From: Diadema antillarum
Taxonomy: Eukaryota
Direction: 5' to 3'
Assembly: GCF_040938485.1 (NCBI RefSeq)
Contig: NW_027270966.1
Span: 806,001-870,000, forward strand
DNA length: 64,000 nucleotides
Positions 1 through 13,200 of this stretch are shown here, one piece after another (within the stretch, counting starts at the first letter, position 1; every line of letters starts with the position of its first letter). The position numbers were made by a program, and so were the translations under genes. The notes beneath the pieces were generated by a model. That model was not told the origin of the DNA. It did no database searches and saw only the letters and a list, made by a program, of their open reading frames with translations.

Positions 1-2669
1 AGGGGAAACACTTAATCTTGATTTCGTCATGGCGTTCGTGAAACATGTTGTAGCAAAGCAGTGTATAGGTGCGTGCGAGAGATTGCATGAGCGTACGCAT
101 GTGTGTTTCAGTGTGATATGATTTGTCGAGAGATTTCCCAACAGCGCTCGATGGTCCTAATTCCCACCCTTCGTGTGAATCACATCACCATTATTTCCGC
201 CCGATAGTTCTACCTTATTTTGTCACACCGTGGTCTGTTTATAACAAAGACGGCATCTGGAGAAGCTTACCATCTTGACGTAAATACGTGATGATTAACA
301 AACTATAACTGTGCTGAACAACGACAATAAAACCCACGAACTCTTGTCATATTGCCATCAACGGTTCATCATTAATGATGTATAGCTATAACAGGATTTC
401 ATTGTTTGCGCTATAAACTTATCATAACGATGACATCGATAATAATGATATTAATAGTGATGATGTACATGTATCTTCCTTTTTGGTAAATGTTCATAAT
501 GAAGACATGATAGGCAGTGCCCTCACTAGATATCCCGGTATAACATAATGGCCAGCGTTCAACTGTTGTTTTCATAGAATTAGAAAAGACAGGTTGAATG
601 TGAGGACTGAATGAAAAGTCGCGGTATTGATAACTTCCTTAAAGAATTAGTGCTTGTTTTTGAAATACATTAGGGCCACAACGAAACACACAACAGTTCA
701 AGTAATCCCGCATCAGGAATATTAGCCGATTCCTTATTGCAGGATCTAGATTATTAAAGCGATGTTCATACGAAGTTATTCCTCTCAATGTTATGTGTAG
801 TTTTGTCTGATAAAGGTAAACGATGACGCCATTAGTTCCTCATCTGCACCAATGCACAAACTCTATGATTGTATTTCAAAGCTTTGTAACACATTTTGAT
901 AATGACTCGGGTATGTCATTCAAGACACGTAAACATGACTGTACTTAATGAATGAATCATTGTAAGCCATTCACCTGTCGACATTAAAGAGGTTGAGAGT
1001 GTTAGTGCGTGTTAGTGCGTCTGTCTGTCCACACCCTTATAATATATCACTGTTGATATCACTATTTAAAACTTCACATTCCACAACTTACCGAATACTC
1101 AAGAGAAACATCCATTTTGAAAAAAAAACATTTGATTAAACTACCAAAAAGGAAAGAATATTTTGTTTTGCTAAGTGTAGATACTCAAACAGCCACCTAC
1201 CAATTGTCTCTGGAAGACATCTAAATAATGCTAAGCAAGAGATTATGTAATCTCTGTTACTTACAGTCATTACAAGATGAATTTCCTCACTAATTTAGAT
1301 TTTGATGAAAAAGCAAGTCTTTATCTTTAGAAATACTGTCAGAAGACCCCCATAGTTTTAAAGTGGAAAAGCAACTATCAATTTTAACTCTAACAATCAC
1401 ATAACTTGAATAAATCTTATAAATCTTTTTTTTTTCATAATGAAGTATTTTGAGTAGTACTTTTTCTCCCTTCCATTTTCTTGAATCAATTCTAATTCAT
1501 TTAATTTCTTTTGGTGAGTAATGATGTTATTGAATTTCTGCTTTCGGGAATGATAATCAACGTAGGTTTATTTCTTGTTCTTCTGTCGCCTATCTTTTTC
1601 TTTTTTCTTTCTTTATTTCTTTCTTTCTCCGTATTGCTTTATTTCTATTTCATTTTCATTTCATTTCTTTTACATTTTTTTCAATGTATTTTGGTGTCTT
1701 TAAGTTTTACAGTTTATTCAACAGTTAATCGATTGCACTCCAATGTTATGTAATGTTAGTCGAGTATATATTATACTGTTTAGAAATTGTAACTAATAAC
1801 CATTATGTCATTTATGTAAAACACAATTGGATGTCCCCAATACTGGTTACTGTGAAATAGGAATACTAACTTGTCTTTTTTACTGTATTGTCATTGTCAC
1901 AAGGCAACAAAAAACACAGCACAGCACATCAATGTCATAATGCATAGCAAAATGCTTTGCAGTATAAGGCCTCCGAACTTAGCCAAAAAAAAAAAAATTC
2001 GTTTTTACCCTCTTACATTTAAAATGCAGTAAAATAAGATGTTATCTGATGTTTCCACCCAATATACTTGAGGATCTATCTCTGCTTGCGGGGTGCAAAA
2101 GTGGAAAAAGAGTAAAAAAAGAAACAAATCTAAATAAACAAACACATAAACGAAAATATATTCCAAACTCCAATGGTCTTCGACGCATTTTGAAGGGGGG
2201 GGGGGGGGGAAATATGCCTAAATATAGGCAGTGGCTTATCAAATCCGCCTCCTTCTTTAAATTGAGTTGTGTAAACGTTCGTGCCTGCCAAGAATGAAGA
2301 AGCCAAGAGGACGGAGTCATACTAATAAAGCGCATGCAATGTTTTATATGTATTTTTATTTCGTAGATGCTATGAAATAAAACAGTCTGGAACGACATTC
2401 CATTGTCAAGGTCATGGACAATTGAATGATGATACATTTGTAATGAATATCTACCCACGTCACAAACATACAAGCACGCGTGAACATGCTTATAGACACA
2501 CGATACAACACTAACTATTTTGATACAATTTTGCCAAAGCTGTTGCATTCCTAAAATACCATAGAAAATAAAAGTAAAGCATCCTATTTGAAGTTGAGAT
2601 TGATTTGTGTTTGCTTTTGTTCCTTAATGATTATTTCATGGTTCATATGTTGCATGTAATTGACTAAAT

Positions 2670-3354
2670 GTGACCCTGCACCACAAAACACAAAAGTCGC
2701 CAGACATGGATTTTTAGTTAAGGGCAGATTCTGAAAGAGCAGACTCTAAGCTTTAAAATGATGTATAATTCAAATCAAATGTATTCTCCTAACCTATATA
2801 GATATTGGAAAGAAAGTACACACTCAGGAAAAGTTTGAACTGAGAAAAGATGCTCTGAAGTACAGTGTGTATTTAAGCGCTTAATCTTTACCAAGCCGTG
2901 CTGCCTGTGCGATGAATGGGACAAAAAACAGGAAGTAAACCACCGGGGTAACAACATTGAAGGGATTATCAAATTGAACTGAAATTGAGCATGCCTTACT
3001 AACACACTCTTTTCATAGTTAATGCCATCTTTCAAAGCAGTAGCATCATCCTTTCAAAAGTTATTAGAGTTGAAAGTCAAGAGTGTGTACAAGGTTTCTC
3101 AGAAATGAAAATTGGACTCTAAAGACACATCTAATCACAGTATTCTACCAAATATGTTCGAGATTAACTGCTAAAAATCACACTTTCCTGACCGTTTTAT
3201 GATCCCAAATTTTTACATAATGTAAAAAAAGACTTGCTCTTCCAGAAAATATGAAAAAGTCAAGATCGGCTAGGTTGACCCATTTCACCTATTTTCAGTC
3301 CTCATGCAAAATCAGTGTGTGCGACTTTTTGTTCGTTTTGTGATGTACGGTCAC
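2670..3354. mobile_element. Non-autonomous Sola1-like DNA transposon, family A copy 1
   Basis: TIRs GTGACCCTGCACCACAAAAC / GTTTTGTGATGTACGGTCAC, perfect 4-bp TSD AAAT; homologous over full length to three other copies; same orientation as copy 4. Confidence 0.85.
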
Positions 3355-3861
3355 AAATTGTCATTGGTACTTTTCTTTCATATTTAAGGTTTCAAGTGTA
3401 TGGTCTAAAATTTGTGACCCTATTTGTGAAATGAAATGACCAAAGTTTAAGGAAAATGATGACTTTAACTAGTTATTTCATTTGAAATCGTGCCAGTGTT
3501 ACAATTATTCAAGTATTCACCACGCATACTTAGAAGTTGCAGGACCAAAAAAAAAAAAAAAAAGAAAGAAAAGAAAGAAAGCTGCATGCAGATCAGCACT
3601 ATCATATGTGGGTCAGCGTCACATCCCCTTAAGAAAATCAATTATGTTTGGAAAATGACTGATAAACCAGATAGCGGATAATGCTGCCGACGAGCCGGGA
3701 ACGCAGGAACAGCCTGAGTGCTAACGCCGAATTACAAAGCAGTTCATGAAGGTCGTCTTAGCGCGCCTGTCTGGTATGGCAGACTTAAAGCTGAAATTCA
3801 GACAACATCACATGCGTATACATACAGGCACATACACCCACCCTCCTCAATACACACATGA

Positions 3862-3863
<2 letters not shown>

Positions 3864-3900
<37 letters not shown>
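3864..3900. repeat. (AT)n microsatellite
   Basis: Direct reading. Confidence 0.95.
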
Positions 3901-3904
<4 letters not shown>

Positions 3905-6029
3905 CGAATGTTCAATTTTGCAGTCATTGGAATGTTGTGCAAATAAATTGAGGTGTATAACAGCTATTTGAATAATTATCTTTATTTTCATTACTTCGCA
4001 AGGCGTCTCCAAAGATGATAGACATATTTAAAATTTGAGCCGTTCTTATACTCAGATAGTCATACACATGATTATACATGATAATTACTCACTTAATAAA
4101 TGCGGCCGCACGCATTTATTGTTATCATTAAAAAAGAGCATATATATTTCCAGTGCATGGACTTTTTGAATTAATCTTCCATCATAAATATGTAATTCAG
4201 AATATGTCAGCATCACAAAGCTTCTTTCGTAAAGTCATTCGCGTGTATTGCAGTCGGCAAACAATTTATGACATTGCACAAATTAGAATCAGTGTATTTA
4301 GTTGTTTATTGGCTGACTTGATTACAAGTGCATGCAACTTTCTTTTTGAAGGGTAGTTCCCTTTAGAGTAAAAACCTTTCGATCAAGAGTCATCATTCAT
4401 TTAGAGATTCAACACATAGATGTTCAATGAAAAATCCCACTTGCGTAGTATCTGCATTCGTGCTCACTTTTCAAAGTTTTTTCTTTTAATCTCCAACATT
4501 TCCTTTAATATTGCCGGTCTAATCACTTAGAAAATAGTGCTAAGGATGATGATCTTAGAAGCAATACCCGTGGATTACGAAATCCTGCGGGTTGTGTGCA
4601 AAGTATGCTGAAATTAAAACAAAAGACGTTGATTGTATTAAATAGTGTACGTTTTTCAGTAGCAATCTTGTTGGTTTTGTTTTCAATATGGATACTTTTT
4701 TTTACGGTACTTGGTTGAATTGCGTATTATTTGATTCGTTTCTATTTATCATGTATTGGATATCAAAATATACTTGTGTGCGTGGGTGAGACATAATTCG
4801 GAGAGCTTTAGTCGAGATCTAGGAATTTAGTACAACCGTATCGGCCTTGCTTACTATTTTCAAATCATACAATATCTAGACACTCATTTCCAACGAGGGA
4901 GTGTTCCCGGACATAGCCCCCAATTTTACAGGTCACCCATGTCCCGTTCCAGCATCGGAAGCAGTCGACGCATCCTTTCACATTTTCATCTTTGCCCGTC
5001 ACTCCTCTCTTCTCTTCCTAAACACTTGCACCAACAGATATGTTTACGCCTACATACATATCCACAGACATAATTGTAGACTTCCTGTCATTGGTTTCAT
5101 GAAAAAATATTGACCTATAATGAACAATATCTCATACACTCATATATATATATATATGTGTATATATATGCGTTATATATATTCATATAATTATAAACAT
5201 AGTTGTATTGTTATAGGCCACTTTATAAATATGTCTATTTATATATAATTCCTTTTTTTTCTTTTGTTACGAGAACAACGATGATTTTGACTGCTCTTAT
5301 TAGCCTTTGAAATACAATGGATTCAATCGAGCTATTGATCATGAAAAGAAAGGCAGTGTCTCTTGTATTAATTTTCTTCAACCTTTTGTTTTGTTTTGTT
5401 TTTTCAAATATGTTACGCCATAACAATTAATGGTTATAACGGCAATTGATATACGGATAGTTCTTTTAACAGTTACAGCATCAAACCCGACAAGACTTGA
5501 ATGGCTGCTGTCAGTTGTTTCGCATCAAGTAACTTTGAATTTACCCGTTCCATACTGAATTCTGAAATCCCAATAGACTTAATACATAGACCAATAGGTT
5601 TCAGTAGGAAACAGGTTAAAATTTAAAACGTCAAAAATTCTAAATCGTTACTGTGATATGTGGGCATATAGGTTAGAAGTCGGACGCACCTGTTAACACT
5701 TTCAAGAGTCCACCTTCGAGGTTTTGTTGTTGTTGTTGTTGTTGTTTTAAACTTAATGCCGAAATCGACATAACTGATCTATGTCTCATCATCTCTGACG
5801 AAATCTGGAAGCCGAACTTTCTGCAGTCAACTAATTTGCTCAATTAGAACGATAATTGCCCACTGAATAAATCATCTATTTTTGTAGTTGGTGAAAGTCC
5901 GCTGTGGTCTCGTGGCCAGATTGCAAACTTTGAAGAGAATCTGAAATGAAAGTCACCGTCATTATGTTTTTTAGCTCTGCAAAACGTTGAGACATAATAC
6001 TCATTTTTATAAGAGAGCTCGAGAATAGA

Positions 6030-7113
6030 TACCTTATCATAAAGCCGATCAGCTGTGTGATCGACAGAGGGAGGAACAACAGCTCTGCCCACGAATCGCG
6101 GGCTGCTTTCTCTCAAGCTGTGGAGATTAGTCTCTGACGCAGGTTTGCGGTACTCGGGCTTAGTCACTCCCTCTCCACTTCGACCAAATGATTCTATTTC
6201 TTCTTCATTTTCTTTCCCGCTATCACGAACGGAGCAGTGAATTATCCAAACATCCGCCTTGACAGACCTTTACAGTAATAACGTATTGCCTGAGAACACA
6301 AGAGCCAGAAGTTACCGCAGATTCATCAACTTATGATTGGTCAATGGCAGAAACTGTGAGTAGCTTTCTCGCTTCCAGCAGGGCGCTCTCTTTGTTGTCA
6401 AAACTCGAAGTTAATTGTGACGTCACTGCGCAGTCCGGCTCTCGACATGAGACTGCGTGAGTACAGCCAGTTAGCGTTGAGCACGGCTTGCAAGTTGACG
6501 TTGCGCGGACAACATTTCGTCTCCTCTGGCGGGAATATCACTTGCTCATCGGAGCGTAATATTTTGAGACCAAAAAGCGAGTGGCATGGGAGTTGAAAGC
6601 TCCTGCTAAAGCGAAGCGTTTTTGCGCTACCCTGGATAAGATACCACACCTCGTGTAACAAAGCATGACTCTGGATTCTCCAAACGCAGCTTTCGCTTTT
6701 CACAGGCTAAAGGGATGTCACACTTTGAGGGCCAGTAGAAGGTTCTCTTTTCCAGTTTTGCAAGTGCACTTCTGGAACCTTTGTGCTACTGACAACAGGT
6801 GTGCCGACATTGCATGTCCCAACGCCTGTCATAAACACGTCGTTAGTGAGAAGCATATTTTGCCTCGAATCATGCAAATGAATGAAAGGCGTTGTTCTAT
6901 CACGTGAAGTACCAATCCGGACCACAGAAGAACTCTTCACTAGAGGTCACAGACCATGAGATAATGTTTGACTACTGTTTACGAGAGTACACGTCAACAT
7001 CTTTTCACTGCTGTCTGCGGATCGCATCTGTGTAGTACTACGCATCCCATTACAGGGGCCGATGTTCAGTTTCGAGCGTGCAGTGCTACGTTAGAATCCC
7101 TTAACACTTCACG
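6030..7113. promoter_or_regulatory. CpG-rich putative promoter/5' region of the receptor gene
   Basis: CpG-rich relative to flanks; full CRE palindrome GTGACGTCAC 6417-6426, ATTGG 6336-6340, CACGTG 6901-6906, CCAAT 6912-6916; lies directly upstream of the signal-peptide exon. Confidence 0.45.
6033..6269 (-). CDS. Candidate exon of a divergently oriented gene (79 open codons ...KPEYRKPASETNLHSLRESSPR...RLYDK)
   Basis: Open frame ending at donor AAG|GTATCT (phase 0); no in-frame ATG, so it may be UTR. Phase-compatible candidates at 4937-5017 and 271-313 (donor ATG|GTAAGC). Confidence 0.25.
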
Positions 7114-7228
7114 ATGGAAATTATTTGTTTAGTAGCCCGTGTCGTTGTCTTTCTTGGTGTTTTTCTCCCGCTTTCGTCTTCACAACTCCATGCGATGCTG
7201 AGGAGGGAACAAAGACCGCGATCCAAAT
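7114..7228 (+). CDS. Exon 1 (coding): signal peptide MEIICLVARVVVFLGVFLPLSSS-QLHAMLRREQRPRSK
   Basis: cacgATGG start context, hydrophobic core then small residues, donor AAAT|GTAAGA at 7229 (phase 1). Linkage to exon 2 across the 16-kb intron is inferred from phase and domain logic; extra exons cannot be excluded. Confidence 0.7.
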
Positions 7229-10200
7229 GTAAGACATATTCCTTTTTGCAGTTTTCATCACTCGAGTTGTTTGTGTGGCTGGGTTGTCTCAGTGCTGAAA
7301 ACGATATCATGAAAAAGAGGTTTATTGGGATAATACGATGTTATTTAAACTCGTGACACTTTCCTTCTTGTGGCATTGAAGGTTCAAAGATGAGATAACA
7401 ATAAAGATTCATCTTACCATGTGCCTACCCAATTGCATGATTCTGGTTTATAGCCTGCATTGTTATTAAGTACGCCCTATGCTGACTATTTTCGATAAGA
7501 ATATTATTTCATTTATTGTATACTCCACCTGCTTCGAGCAAAGTAACAATGCATCATTGATTGATCTCTTATCAGTGAAGTAGGAGGTAGTCCGTTGGTA
7601 ATAAGTGCATTATTAGTTATGATGAATCTGCACAGCTAAATAATGTATCAAATTTGTAAATAAGATGTAGAGAAAAGAAGACACAAACAAAACAACACAC
7701 ACACGAAAGCAGCCGAACATGCCCTGCCGGAGAGACCACAGTATCCCACACTCAGTGTGAAACACAATGTGAACACAGTGTGAAATTTCTTCATATTGTT
7801 AAATTCGAGCGTTTAACAATGTGAATCATCAAAGCACGGTGTGAAACAGAACAATGATGCGTGAATACTCTGTGAAAAGTCACATCGCAACGTGAAACAC
7901 TTTCACACTGTGGCTGAATTCGAGCGTTTTCAAATAGCAGACTATGTGGACACACTTTGTACACACTGAGGGACGTAGTACTTCTTCCAGCAGGGTGAAG
8001 GGCTTATAGGAATGGCGAAGGGCTCATGGGAATGACGAGATCCCTTTTTATATTTTTCTTTATTCGTCGTAAGCTCTCCTTGAGTTTGTGTCACATTCTG
8101 CGTATGAGAAAAGTTTGTGGAGCAAGTACTTTAAAAGTGTACAGTGTACTGGAAAACTGACTTAGACCTTGTCTTTGTAAGAGTGCAAAGACGCTCGTCT
8201 GCATACCGTATGCCATGCACTCCGCAACACTCTGCTACATCATGATGCTTCACGTTATGAGTGTAACTAAAGATCTATGCACTTTTATGAGGTTGAATAC
8301 ATAGAAGTCTTCGGTCGTTAATGAACCCATGAAATGATCTTGAATAGCTTGCTCTGAAGGCACCTACACAGTTGATGGAGAGGTCTCGTCGCTAGGTGGC
8401 GACAGAACCTTTCACTATGTTTTCTAACATCCTCTCGTGGTTATCTACTCCTTCTTCAACATCAGCTTTATACGCCTCTGGCTATTAGTCGTAACGCGAT
8501 AGCAGCATTCGCACGAACATCTAAATGAAATGCTTCCGCGTCGGCCTTTAAAATGACGAAGGGGAACGATGTGTAGGTGGGCACGTTCGATAAAGAGGAG
8601 TTCCTTAACCCGCATTGCCCTGAACCACATGAGCCCAGCAGACGGCATTGACCGTGATCTGTCGCTCAGGTAGATTACGTTAACGTGATTTGAAGAAAGT
8701 GGGGCCTTGGTAGTGTGAATGACATGTGGGGGCACACGCGGGGCATCCTATAACCAAGCAGTCGCAAGACAGCTGTGATCTCTAGCATTGCTTTAGCGTT
8801 GTATACGCCGTCACTCCAGACAAAACTTAACTTAAATCGCATATCATATTTCAACAGATTTTGCGACACCTGTCATAAAACAATGCTCCATAATTGTGAG
8901 TTGAAATTTGCCTTGTTATACCAAAAGTACTGATAGAAAATAAACATTGGGAACCATTGGTCTAAAAAACCCCACAAAACTAAAGCAACAAACAAACACG
9001 TAAATGAAAAGCGAATATTAAGTAAAACCCCGAGCGAAAATCTGCATATGAAACAATAAACAATACGAAAATACTGATACTAAGAGTGTAAAAGTTGAAA
9101 CTTAAAATGAACGACGATGACTATCACTAAATGACATCATAGGCCGTCAATTGTATTGATAGATATTAAAATGACTTTTGTCGTTTATATTATACTGTAA
9201 CATTAATCCTATCTGGGGATCCTATATTCACTCACGGAATGTTCAATCCATTACAAGCAAGATGTTGGACCCCGGGCTCTCGGAAAAGCCAAACAGGTTA
9301 TAGCTTTTAGTACACGCGGAATGCTTTTTTTTATTAGTATAATCACTCAAAGTAGTGATAAGAGCCATGATGACTGTATAGGTCTATTCGGTTTTAAAGT
9401 ACTGTAACTCATGTCTGCCATAACGGGAGGGAGAGGGAACATTGCCATATCATGTCGCTTTGATCGCCTAATTAGACACAACGTAGAAAGGAAGTCCCAT
9501 AAATCAATTAAAGAAGGAAGATTCAGGATATCGATTCGAAAAAAACAACCAACAACCATGTTTTAGTGATATCCCTCTTACAAGGCCTTTATTACCGGCC
9601 TTATGCTAATGATCGAAGTCGGATCTTCAACCAGAGAAGATTCCATCAGTATGTATCCTACGAAATGCTTGTTGCCTCGAAAGATATGGTGATGTTAGGT
9701 AGGACAGTTTGTCGTGATGTTTACACCACTTTGCGACAAGTAATTAATGCGGAAATAAGTTGATAATCATAATTTCTATAATGATATTCAGATACCCTGT
9801 AAAAAAAAAGAGAGAAATAAACACACGTGTCTACTGTTTGAAATTACGTGGTTATGTGCACTTAAGCATTTCGGCACACTGATAATTGGCAGGGTTTTCG
9901 ATGCTTGTTAATGAACTAACCCTCTGTGTGTGTGCTTTGAGTGCTGATTGACACAGAAAACCCTACACTGTTGTACACACAGTTCAAAAGACCTTTGAAC
10001 AGAAAGTGTAAAAAAAAGTTAATAAATTTCCTGCACGATTTTGTTATGTCTATAGATTTTTCTGCACGGCTGACAGATTTCGTCATGCAATCATCAAATA
10101 CTTATCATTGTCTTCGGTAGATGGTGACATGGGCTGTTGTTTACAGTGTACAGTGAAAACGAAAAGCATCGCCATGCATTTTATGTTTTTCCTGAAATTT

Positions 10201-13200
10201 AGCGCCAGATATCAAACAAGGCGTTCACTATCTTATAATAGTAGACCCTCCAGCACCTTCTCTCGGTTTAAAAGTCGTCCCAGTATCTGGCTGGCGCACG
10301 TGCACTTCAATTCATATGGGGAAGACAAGCAGGATTGGACTCGATGCTATCTGCTGAAAAAGTTACGCAGAATCCGGTCACACTCCCCATGTTACTGACG
10401 GAGTTGATCCAAGAATTCCACCCATTACCCGAAAGAGGAAGGAGGCGTCTCCATAGAATTCTCTCGTACAGCCTCTGTCTGCTTAGTGCTTGTAGTATCA
10501 GTAATGCGCTGTGGTGGCCCAGTGGATGACCAAAGACCATAACTCACGAGGTTCGGCGTTCGAGTCCCTTGCATGGCTGCAGCCTGTTGAACCAGTGTTC
10601 CAGGTATTTATATGCTCATAACCTATATAGTTCGTAAGTCCAGTTATTGGACGCTTGCAAGCATTTACAGGTATATATCCTCCCAGCTGCCACGAAGAAA
10701 ACCCCAAACCAACAACATAACCAAATTACAGCGCACAAACAAGCAGATTAGAAGGCAATATACCTAATCTGGTCGGGAATTATGAAATCTTTGCAGGACA
10801 AGGGCTTACAAATGCGTAATTATACCATTTTGAACAGAATAATATTATGAACTTTATTGTCTGTTTCTTGTTCGATCAAGCCCGTGTCATGTCCTTTTGT
10901 TTTCTGTGGGATATTTGGGGTCAATGGGAAAAATTCTAACAACGTCATGGTTTATCAATAGATGGGTCACGGAAACCCACAATTTGTTAATATTTTTTAA
11001 GTATTCTAACAGTAAGTGATAATGTGGTAAAACTTAAATCAACAGTTGCTTTTCCTTTTAACATATCAGTCCTTTCACTTTTCAGCTCCCCCCCCCCCCA
11101 CGGCCATATTTGCCCGATATTTTGGCCGCAATGTTTGCGGATTTAACAGTGAAGGATAGTGACCGGTCGGCAGCTGCGATATTACTGACCAGCTGTCTAG
11201 CCGCAGTGTAGCGATTCCATTTGCCAGATTTGGTTTGCGTGCAACTGGAATGGCTGACCTTCCTTTGCCAGCTCATTAAACTTTACGAGAAAATGCTGTG
11301 TGACTCTTGCTGAACTTTGACTTGCACTGTTCACTGTTTAAAATGAAATTTGGATATTGGTTATTGTGTGAAGAATCTAAACAAATTCATCCATTGATGA
11401 GGCATTACCATACGATGACCATCCAAAGAGTCTGAAGAAAATGCCGAATGGAATATACCCAGGACCGCTACTTTGAACAAGAACAATAATAGCTTGTTTA
11501 TAAACTAAAAACATCTTCATCCTTCAACAATCTTACTTTCTAAACCGTAATGTCACGAGTGCAATCCCGTTTATCTTTTCGTGGTATAATTGAAAATGGC
11601 AAGCGGACTTCCAAATCATTTTTACGTAGTCCCTAAACTACCTGTTTAAATTTGTTTGTTTACCCTCACAACCCATTTCACTTGAAGGCAAGCTCGTGCT
11701 TTAAGGGTTATAGGAACCCATAAACGTCTCCCGAGCGCATGGGAAGCGTACGTGATATCCTGAAAGAGGAACACTAGATGAACTTCCAAAAAAGTGCTGC
11801 AGTAATATAACTACTTACGTGTAGCGGCTAGCAGCCGACTGGTTTCCATAGTTACACCCTGATGTTATCTATTTTTCAAACCAGTTAGTTTCCCCCAAGT
11901 GCATACAACTGAACTGTTTACGGAAGACCAACTAGTGCCCCAGAATATAGGCTATGCATCCAAATTCTCAGATGGAAAAAATGAAACAAGCAAACACATT
12001 TAACAAACCCTTAAAGGTGTAACTGTGCACCTTTCTGGTCTGAAAGGTGCAAAGTTATTCAAGAGCATAGACACTCAAAAGTCGAAAAGTTTACTCAGAA
12101 TTTATACACAGATGACCACGTGTTTTCAATATTTCCCAGGTCCCTCAGTACTTCGGCCCTTTCTATTATGAAAGATAAACAAACAAACCGTTTTAGTATC
12201 GCATATTGAATTTACATGCTTGTCTTATATTCTCTTACTACGTGTGCTTGGCCAAAATAATGGTAGTAGAGAATTAAAAAAAAAATAAAATGGTGTATGA
12301 GAGAGTAACAACTCATGCACGTAAAAGATTCCGCTTCATTCATTCATCGTAAAGAGCAGGGTGTTTAACCCGGTGAAGTGGTCCCACCTCAAATCCAACT
12401 GGACCCCATGGAAGACCAGCTTAACGTAGCTGAATATGGGCTATCCAACCATCTTCTCAGATCTCAGATGGAAAATGAACAAACAAACAAACAAACAAAC
12501 AAACAAACAAACAAACAAACAAACAAACAGCCACCTCATCCATATGCGATATTTTTCATGTCCTTGAAAGAAAAGATGTTGGAGAATAAACCCTCCTGTA
12601 TTATTTCTCTGTCACTCTCCCATGGCCACACCCTTGAAGTCCGATAATCAATTAAAGAGCGGATGTCAACATCTTCCCTCCTCGCTTATCACGATTAAAT
12701 GTGCGCAATAATCACATGAGCAAACTGCCGCGTCGTCAACTGCACCTCGACCTGTAAAGGGATTTTCCACTATGCATTTAATGCGAATTTATTACGGACA
12801 ACATAATCAAACAGGCAGTGATTAAAATTAGAGAAATTCACTCAAATACCCTCTTGGTACGCTTATCATGTATCCGTTGCAAATTCATCATATTTCCCGA
12901 AACAGTTATTTTGGTCGCAGTCAACGTCCAAACGCAGGTGATGATGTCATGAAGTCCCAACCATCCCAGCTTGCTTTTACATGGGGTATCCTACAATCTC
13001 CTCCCTTGCCAATCATGTTGCAAATGAAATCATATTTTCTTTGCAAAGCCAGGATTGATAGGTTATTGCAACTTTAAAGGAATCCGACGTTAAAGCAGTA
13101 ATTTCATTTTTAATTTGATGTTACCAAATAAAGAGAAAACATTGAGGGAGTATTTTTTTCAGCTTGGATTAGCATGCACAAAGGATACATGACGTCATCA

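Noticed and set aside
10508-10580. tRNA gene
   Set aside because: A and B boxes are present but acceptor and anticodon stems cannot be formed; treated as a SINE head, as is 44360-44420.
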